A stretch of DNA of 64,000 nucleotides from Eledone cirrhosa (lineage: Eukaryota): contig OZ024748.1 in the NCBI GenBank assembly GCA_964016885.1, forward strand, positions 47,430,001 through 47,494,000, in the 5' to 3' direction. The notes beneath the pieces are model-generated. The model was given only the letters and a program-made list of their open reading frames with translations, was not told the origin of the DNA and did no database searches. Position numbers and translations under genes: made by a program. Below are positions 57,013 to 64,000 of this stretch, one piece after another; the stretch's first letter is position 1; each line of letters starts with the position of its first letter.

Positions 57013-60000
57013 ATGACCCTCCCCAAATATAACAATATCTGTTTCGACACACGATTTCATATAAAAAACCTCGCAAAACTAATTCATCGCCGCTATGGCA
57101 TTAGCTTGTGCCAAGCTGAAAGGTTATTGAAAGACACTGTTTTCTGTTATATAAAAACTACAATAACAACAGAACAAATCCGCTTCTTAAAACACTGTGT
57201 TTCCTCCAAAACATACACAACAAACATATCAAAACAAGTAAATAATTTATTATTGAACAAAACACAAGCTGAACGGCTAAAACACACAATAACAGTTAAT
57301 ATGAAAAGAACAACATACACAAAAGTCAACGCACTCTACAGACAAAAACGCATCAACGGTAAGGAAATCCGAAATCTCATCACAGCAAACGAGAGAGATG
57401 ACTTCATGAGCGTCATCCGACGCGAAACGAAATATGCTCAAAACGAATGCTGTAGGCATTTCAAGAAGAAATTAGAATGGATGAATAAGAAAAAACTACA
57501 AGAAAGGAAAATCGAATATTCTCAAAAATACCCAGATAACATCGACAACATCCGTATGAGTGATGTAAAACTACCGGAAGAATTTACCAATGACCACACA
57601 GTAAATATCTATGGGAACACTTTAATCAGTGAACAAGAACAACAAATCCTAAAGTTACCACCAAAATTTGCCATCTACAAAAAGATTAATCCTATGGAAT
57701 GCAAAACGGAGCTGGAAAAGTGTTTCACAAAAATACGTTGGAATGCAAAGGTAAACAACAACAACAACAATAATAACGGTAGTAGTAATATAAACAATAA
57801 CTCTGGGTATAGAAATAACAGCCATAACCATAACAATGGCAGGAAAGTGAGAAATAGTGATAATGGTAATAATACTAGCGATAGACAGAACAACAACAAC
57901 CACAATAATAATAATAATAGAAACGTTAACCACAGACACAGCAACAGTGACCACAGTAGTAATAACGGTAACAATACGAACAACAACAACAACAATAACC
58001 ACAGTGGTAATAATGGAAATAGTACATGTAGCAACATCAACAAAAACAAGAAACATAATAATAGTAACAACCACAATGGTAGAAATAGCAGTAACAACAA
58101 CAATAACGGTGAAGTAAACAACAATACATCTAGCAATCATAACAATAATAATATTAATGCTAAGGATAGAAACAACAACAACCACCATGATAACAATAAT
58201 AGCAACACACACAACTATGACGATAGAAATAACGACAACCCCTTAGAGAAACTATTTTTCAACCCAGCTGACAAAACATATAAGATGGGTAATATCTATC
58301 CTACGAGGTTACCCTTTAATAAAAGAGTTTGCATACCACAACAAATAGATGACGAGACGGAGGCACAGTTCACCATAGCTAGAAATAAGATTAGACAAGT
58401 AGTAGACAGGTACACTATGAGACAGAGCAGACCAGAGGCCCAACAACTTGGGATAAAACCTGTAGAAGGCTTGGTTAGCCTCAAGCAGCGCACAAGGGAT
58501 GGTGAGGTAGTGTGTCTACCCACAGATAAGTCTGGTAGGATGTCAATAGATAGCATGCCGAACTACATCGAGGCAATGCAACCCCACATCACCAACACGA
58601 GCGAAGTTGCACAACTAACACACGATGGGAGAGAAAAAATCCTCAACGCTCACATGATGATGTGGACTGACATCCTAAAGCCAAGCAGACGCACTGCCAA
58701 CAACTTCCAGGCGTCTAACAATGGCATACCACCCTTGTATGGGCTCCGCAAAGACCACAAGACAGTCGACGACCCGACAATAGGACCACCAACAAGACCT
58801 GTATGCGGAGCTAATATAGCTAGCAACTACAGGATCTCCTACTTCCTCTCAATGGTTATACGCCCCATAATCAAGATGTCCCCAGATGTATGTGAAAGTA
58901 CAGAGGACCTCCTCAGCAGAATCAGTGAGTGCAACAAAAACAGGAGCCTATCCAACTGCATAATAGGCAGCATGGATGTGGTGTCACTGTACCCATCCAT
59001 TAACATTGATTTTGCTGTGAAAAGATGTGTGGAGATGATCATTGAGAGTGAGGTGGAGTTCTGCGACGTCGACACAGACGAACTGGGCCTCCTACTTAGA
59101 CTTACCTACGACACTGACTACCTAGACAGCCATGACCTTAGATGTTTCTGCCCTAGTAGACCTATAAGAGGTAGACCCCCCACCATAACCTCAATGGCTA
59201 AAAAGACTCCCATAGGAAGGTGGATTGGGTGGACCAAAGCTATACGGACCCCCCAAAACACTGATCAGGTAAGAAAAATGGTCGCACATGCAATAGGGGC
59301 TAGTATCAAAACTACCCTAAAGGGCCACATATTTAAGTTCAATGAGAAAATCTACACCCAAAATGAGGGAGCAGCCATCGGCGTCAGCATAGCTGGCGAT
59401 GTTGCCAACCTTTTCATGGTATGGTGGGAAAGGAGACTTAAAGATCTCCTTAATGAAAGCTCCATAGACCTCATCATGTACTCTCGTTATGTAGACGATA
59501 TCAATATAGTTATAAGAACACCCCCACTAGAGAGCACTAACAAGTTTGATTTAGAACGTAGCACGATGGAAAGCATCCAGCAGATAGCTAATTCCATACA
59601 CCAGAGTATAACTGTAACTATAGACTTCCCTTCCAAACACCCTAACAATAGACTACCTGTATTAGACACAGAACTCTGGATTAACACTATAGACGAGAGA
59701 GCCCAAATTCTCCACTCACACTATGCTAAACCCATGGCCTCCAAATACCTGATACTCAAAAACTCAGCAATGTCCAGTAGTGCTAAGTTTAATATTCTGA
59801 TCGCAGATTTGGTACGAGTGATGAAGAATGTGTCCAGCATGTGCGACCCAACAGAAATGGAAGGACACATCCAACACTTCATCAACCGCATGCAGTTCTC
59901 TGGCTACAACCAAAGAGACAGAGTCAGAGTATACGAAGGAGCCATGGAAAAGTATAAGACCCTCATAGAACTGGACATGAAAGGAATTTGCCCACTATAC

Positions 60001-60645
60001 AGGAGCAAATCATGGAATAGCTTAGATAGGGCTAGACATAAGATAGGGAAGGCCACATCATGGTACGACAACCAGAGATATCAGAGTGTCATGTTTGTGG
60101 ACGCCACCCCTGGAGGGAAATTAGCTAACCAGTGTAGAAAGGCCCTGAGAAAGACCCACTTAAAAATAAAGGTGGTAGAAAAGCCAGGAACCACCATAAA
60201 ATCCCTGATCAGCAAAACCTACCCTTTTAAGAAAACCCACTGTACCAATAGGAAATGTATCATATGTAAGGTGAACCCCCGGATAAACTGTAAAACTAGA
60301 AACGTAGTCTATAGCATAAGATGTACAGAGGGTACTTGCAGAAACACGACAACAACATACATAGGTGAGACAGCTCGTAGCATAGGTGAAAGGATAGACC
60401 AACACTGGGGGGAACTAAAAGGACGAAAAAACGGGTCAGTACTATACGAACATGCTAGACAACATCATGACGGTAACATAGACAACATAGAAATTAGAAT
60501 AATATCTAAACATAGGAATGACCCAGCAGATAGGCAAATCAGAGAGGCCAGTGAAATAGAAATTAGAAGACCAAAGCTAAACAGAAAGAATGAGTGGAAC
60601 AACAACAACACCCAAACAAACAACACTGACCTAAGAGAAGTATAA
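57013..60645 (+). CDS. Intact PLE polyprotein (1210 aa): N-terminal region, Asn-rich insert, reverse transcriptase, Cys-rich linker, C-terminal GIY-YIG endonuclease
   Basis: PLE RT motifs TDKSG, PPLYGLRKDHK, PTRPVC, MDVVSLYPSI, QNEGAAIG, RYVDDI, LPVLD. Linker CTNRKCIIC...C. Endonuclease motifs NVVYSIRC..C..YIGETAR..R..QH, HARQHH, REASEI, PKLN. Confidence 0.96.
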   Translation: MTLPKYNNICFDTRFHIKNLAKLIHRRYGISLCQAERLLKDTVFCYIKTTITTEQIRFLKHCVSSKTYTTNISKQVNNLLLNKTQAERLKHTITVNMKRTTYTKVNALYRQKRINGKEIRNLITANERDDFMSVIRRETKYAQNECCRHFKKKLEWMNKKKLQERKIEYSQKYPDNIDNIRMSDVKLPEEFTNDHTVNIYGNTLISEQEQQILKLPPKFAIYKKINPMECKTELEKCFTKIRWNAKVNNNNNNNNGSSNINNNSGYRNNSHNHNNGRKVRNSDNGNNTSDRQNNNNHNNNNNRNVNHRHSNSDHSSNNGNNTNNNNNNNHSGNNGNSTCSNINKNKKHNNSNNHNGRNSSNNNNNGEVNNNTSSNHNNNNINAKDRNNNNHHDNNNSNTHNYDDRNNDNPLEKLFFNPADKTYKMGNIYPTRLPFNKRVCIPQQIDDETEAQFTIARNKIRQVVDRYTMRQSRPEAQQLGIKPVEGLVSLKQRTRDGEVVCLPTDKSGRMSIDSMPNYIEAMQPHITNTSEVAQLTHDGREKILNAHMMMWTDILKPSRRTANNFQASNNGIPPLYGLRKDHKTVDDPTIGPPTRPVCGANIASNYRISYFLSMVIRPIIKMSPDVCESTEDLLSRISECNKNRSLSNCIIGSMDVVSLYPSINIDFAVKRCVEMIIESEVEFCDVDTDELGLLLRLTYDTDYLDSHDLRCFCPSRPIRGRPPTITSMAKKTPIGRWIGWTKAIRTPQNTDQVRKMVAHAIGASIKTTLKGHIFKFNEKIYTQNEGAAIGVSIAGDVANLFMVWWERRLKDLLNESSIDLIMYSRYVDDINIVIRTPPLESTNKFDLERSTMESIQQIANSIHQSITVTIDFPSKHPNNRLPVLDTELWINTIDERAQILHSHYAKPMASKYLILKNSAMSSSAKFNILIADLVRVMKNVSSMCDPTEMEGHIQHFINRMQFSGYNQRDRVRVYEGAMEKYKTLIELDMKGICPLYRSKSWNSLDRARHKIGKATSWYDNQRYQSVMFVDATPGGKLANQCRKALRKTHLKIKVVEKPGTTIKSLISKTYPFKKTHCTNRKCIICKVNPRINCKTRNVVYSIRCTEGTCRNTTTTYIGETARSIGERIDQHWGELKGRKNGSVLYEHARQHHDGNIDNIEIRIISKHRNDPADRQIREASEIEIRRPKLNRKNEWNNNNTQTNNTDLREV

Positions 60646-60922
60646 ATAAATAAGTAAATTAAATTAAATAAAATAAGATAAATAAATACATACACAAGCA
60701 CATAAACACACACTAGTCACCCAGCAGACAACACTATACACACTAGTCACACATCACACATCACACATAACACTATACACACACGCAAACGCATGCGCAA
60801 AGAAGACAAAATAAAATAAGATAAACAAACAAGCAAATAAATAAATAAATATATAGACAGACTGAACAAAAAAAAAAATGGCGTAGACATACAACACAAC
60901 AGGAGGAACAATGAATATAACA

Positions 60923-60962
60923 CCACTGACGATGTTGCAGATGTGCAACGAAAGATTTATGT
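60923..60962 (+). ncRNA. Candidate minimal type I hammerhead ribozyme in the PLE inter-ORF spacer (copies also at 56787-56826 +, 53207-53246 -, 49069-49108 -)
   Basis: CTGACGA-T-GTTGCA(GATG)TGCAAC-GAAA-GATT-TA. Core and stem II are clear; stem III is a quasi-palindrome and stem I is only ~2 bp. Confidence 0.5.
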
Positions 60963-61148
60963 AAACTATATATATATGTGTTTGTCTATATTGTATCTGT
61001 ATTATTTTTGACCGCCGGTCAGTCAATGGCAACATTGAGGACCGAGTAAGTTAGATCGCAGATATATATATATAAAAGACAGCGAGAAGCGAAAACCAAC
61101 CAAACAGTGAGTGTGTTCTGTTATTAATTCTGGCAATATTACGCAAAT

Positions 61149-64000
61149 ATGACCCTCCCCAAATATAACAATATCTGTTTCGACACACGATTTCATATAA
61201 AAAACCTCGCAAAACTAATTCATCGCCGCTATGGCATTAGCTTGTGCCAAGCTGAAAGGTTATTGAAAGACACTGTTTTCTGTTATATAAAAACTACAAT
61301 AACAACAGAACAAATCCGCTTCTTAAAACACTGTGTTTCCTCCAAAACATACACAACAAACATATCAAAACAAGTAAATAATTTATTATTGAACAAAACA
61401 CAAGCTGAACGGCTAAAACACACAATAACAGTTAATATGAAAAGAACAACATACACAAAAGTCAACGCACTCTACAGACAAAAACGCATCAACGGTAAGG
61501 AAATCCGAAATCTCATCACAGCAAACGAGAGAGATGACTTCATGAGCGTCATCCGACGCGAAACGAAATATGCTCAAAACGAATGCTGTAGGCATTTCAA
61601 GAAGAAATTAGAATGGATGAATAAGAAAAAACTACAAGAAAGGAAAATCGAATATTCTCAAAAATACCCAGATAACATCGACAACATCCGTATGAGTGAT
61701 GTAAAACTACCGGAAGAATTTACCAATGACCACACAGTAAATATCTATGGGAACACTTTAATCAGTGAACAAGAACAACAAATCCTAAAGTTACCACCAA
61801 AATTTGCCATCTACAAAAAGATTAATCCTATGGAATGCAAAACGGAGCTGGAAAAGTGTTTCACAAAAATACGTTGGAATGCAAAGGTAAACAACAACAA
61901 CAACAATAATAACGGTAGTAGTAATATAAACAATAACTCTGGGTATAGAAATAACAGCCATAACCATAACAATGGCAGGAAAGTGAGAAATAGTGATAAT
62001 GGTAATAATACTAGCGATAGACAGAACAACAACAACCACAATAATAATAATAATAGAAACGTTAACCACAGACACAGCAACAGTGACCACAGTAGTAATA
62101 ACGGTAACAATACGAACAACAACAACAACAATAACCACAGTGGTAATAATGGAAATAGTACATGTAGCAACATCAACAAAAACAAGAAACATAATAATAG
62201 TAACAACCACAATGGTAGAAATAGCAGTAACAACAACAATAACGGTGAAGTAAACAACAATACATCTAGCAATCATAACAATAATAATATTAATGCTAAG
62301 GATAGAAACAACAACAACCACCATGATAACAATAATAGCAACACACACAACTATGACGATAGAAATAACGACAACCCCTTAGAGAAACTATTTTTCAACC
62401 CAGCTGACAAAACATATAAGATGGGTAATATCTATCCTACGAGGTTACCCTTTAATAAAAGAGTTTGCATACCACAACAAATAGATGACGAGACGGAGGC
62501 ACAGTTCACCATAGCTAGAAATAAGATTAGACAAGTAGTAGACAGGTACACTATGAGACAGAGCAGACCAGAGGCCCAACAACTTGGGATAAAACCTGTA
62601 GAAGGCTTGGTTAGCCTCAAGCAGCGCACAAGGGATGGTGAGGTAGTGTGTCTACCCACAGATAAGTCTGGTAGGATGTCAATAGATAGCATGCCGAACT
62701 ACATCGAGGCAATGCAACCCCACATCACCAACACGAGCGAAGTTGCACAACTAACACACGATGGGAGAGAAAAAATCCTCAACGCTCACATGATGATGTG
62801 GACTGACATCCTAAAGCCAAGCAGACGCACTGCCAACAACTTCCAGGCGTCTAACAATGGCATACCACCCTTGTATGGGCTCCGCAAAGACCACAAGACA
62901 GTCGACGACCCGACAATAGGACCACCAACAAGACCTGTATGCGGAGCTAATATAGCTAGCAACTACAGGATCTCCTACTTCCTCTCAATGGTTATACGCC
63001 CCATAATCAAGATGTCCCCAGATGTATGTGAAAGTACAGAGGACCTCCTCAGCAGAATCAGTGAGTGCAACAAAAACAGGAGCCTATCCAACTGCATAAT
63101 AGGCAGCATGGATGTGGTGTCACTGTACCCATCCATTAACATTGATTTTGCTGTGAAAAGATGTGTGGAGATGATCATTGAGAGTGAGGTGGAGTTCTGC
63201 GACGTCGACACAGACGAACTGGGCCTCCTACTTAGACTTACCTACGACACTGACTACCTAGACAGCCATGACCTTAGATGTTTCTGCCCTAGTAGACCTA
63301 TAAGAGGTAGACCCCCCACCATAACCTCAATGGCTAAAAAGACTCCCATAGGAAGGTGGATTGGGTGGACCAAAGCTATACGGACCCCCCAAAACACTGA
63401 TCAGGTAAGAAAAATGGTCGCACATGCAATAGGGGCTAGTATCAAAACTACCCTAAAGGGCCACATATTTAAGTTCAATGAGAAAATCTACACCCAAAAT
63501 GAGGGAGCAGCCATCGGCGTCAGCATAGCTGGCGATGTTGCCAACCTTTTCATGGTATGGTGGGAAAGGAGACTTAAAGATCTCCTTAATGAAAGCTCCA
63601 TAGACCTCATCATGTACTCTCGTTATGTAGACGATATCAATATAGTTATAAGAACACCCCCACTAGAGAGCACTAACAAGTTTGATTTAGAACGTAGCAC
63701 GATGGAAAGCATCCAGCAGATAGCTAATTCCATACACCAGAGTATAACTGTAACTATAGACTTCCCTTCCAAACACCCTAACAATAGACTACCTGTATTA
63801 GACACAGAACTCTGGATTAACACTATAGACGAGAGAGCCCAAATTCTCCACTCACACTATGCTAAACCCATGGCCTCCAAATACCTGATACTCAAAAACT
63901 CAGCAATGTCCAGTAGTGCTAAGTTTAATATTCTGATCGCAGATTTGGTACGAGTGATGAAGAATGTGTCCAGCATGTGCGACCCAACAGAAATGGAAGG
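61149..64000 (+). CDS. Next tandem copy of the PLE polyprotein, cut by the window end
   Basis: Sequence matches 57013 onward, starting MTLPKYNN; no stop seen before 64000. Confidence 0.93.
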   Translation, partial: MTLPKYNNICFDTRFHIKNLAKLIHRRYGISLCQAERLLKDTVFCYIKTTITTEQIRFLKHCVSSKTYTTNISKQVNNLLLNKTQAERLKHTITVNMKRTTYTKVNALYRQKRINGKEIRNLITANERDDFMSVIRRETKYAQNECCRHFKKKLEWMNKKKLQERKIEYSQKYPDNIDNIRMSDVKLPEEFTNDHTVNIYGNTLISEQEQQILKLPPKFAIYKKINPMECKTELEKCFTKIRWNAKVNNNNNNNNGSSNINNNSGYRNNSHNHNNGRKVRNSDNGNNTSDRQNNNNHNNNNNRNVNHRHSNSDHSSNNGNNTNNNNNNNHSGNNGNSTCSNINKNKKHNNSNNHNGRNSSNNNNNGEVNNNTSSNHNNNNINAKDRNNNNHHDNNNSNTHNYDDRNNDNPLEKLFFNPADKTYKMGNIYPTRLPFNKRVCIPQQIDDETEAQFTIARNKIRQVVDRYTMRQSRPEAQQLGIKPVEGLVSLKQRTRDGEVVCLPTDKSGRMSIDSMPNYIEAMQPHITNTSEVAQLTHDGREKILNAHMMMWTDILKPSRRTANNFQASNNGIPPLYGLRKDHKTVDDPTIGPPTRPVCGANIASNYRISYFLSMVIRPIIKMSPDVCESTEDLLSRISECNKNRSLSNCIIGSMDVVSLYPSINIDFAVKRCVEMIIESEVEFCDVDTDELGLLLRLTYDTDYLDSHDLRCFCPSRPIRGRPPTITSMAKKTPIGRWIGWTKAIRTPQNTDQVRKMVAHAIGASIKTTLKGHIFKFNEKIYTQNEGAAIGVSIAGDVANLFMVWWERRLKDLLNESSIDLIMYSRYVDDINIVIRTPPLESTNKFDLERSTMESIQQIANSIHQSITVTIDFPSKHPNNRLPVLDTELWINTIDERAQILHSHYAKPMASKYLILKNSAMSSSAKFNILIADLVRVMKNVSSMCDPTEME

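Larger units (their letters stand above)
48862..64000. mobile_element. Penelope-like retroelement array: ~4136-bp units in tandem on both sides of an inversion point at ~55313; left terminus in a (TA)n array; runs off the window
   Basis: Near-identical repeats. The ATG recurs at 57013 and 61149 (+, period 4136) and at 53020 and 48882 (-). The ORF encodes RT plus GIY-YIG. Confidence 0.96.

Noticed and set aside
48862-64000. Telomerase, retron, group II intron or LTR retrotransposon
   Set aside because: The RT motifs and C-terminal GIY-YIG are PLE-type; no integrase, RNase H, protease or TERT domains are seen.

Overview
AT-rich, microsatellite-saturated animal genomic DNA. The tRNA-derived SINE, mariner and microsatellite profile resembles octopus/cephalopod genomes (inference). 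No host gene can be supported. The dominant feature (48862 to the window end) is a very young array of a ~4136-bp Penelope-like retroelement (PLE) encoding a 1210-aa RT + C-terminal GIY-YIG protein with an Asn-rich insert. The copies form head-to-tail tandems on both sides of an inversion point at ~55313, giving a ~12.3-kb near-perfect palindrome anchored in a (TA)n array. The rest of the window holds many short PLE-like relics in microsatellites. Several carry type I hammerhead ribozymes, some with covarying stems, and many are fold-backs. Most share a TATTGAGTRC/GAGTRCTC motif about 30-75 nt from their microsatellite junction. Also present: three L1/Tx1-like LINE remnants sitting in (GATA)n or (AAT)n, an RTE 3' fragment, about a dozen tRNA-derived SINE copies, Tc1/mariner MITEs, and several minisatellites.
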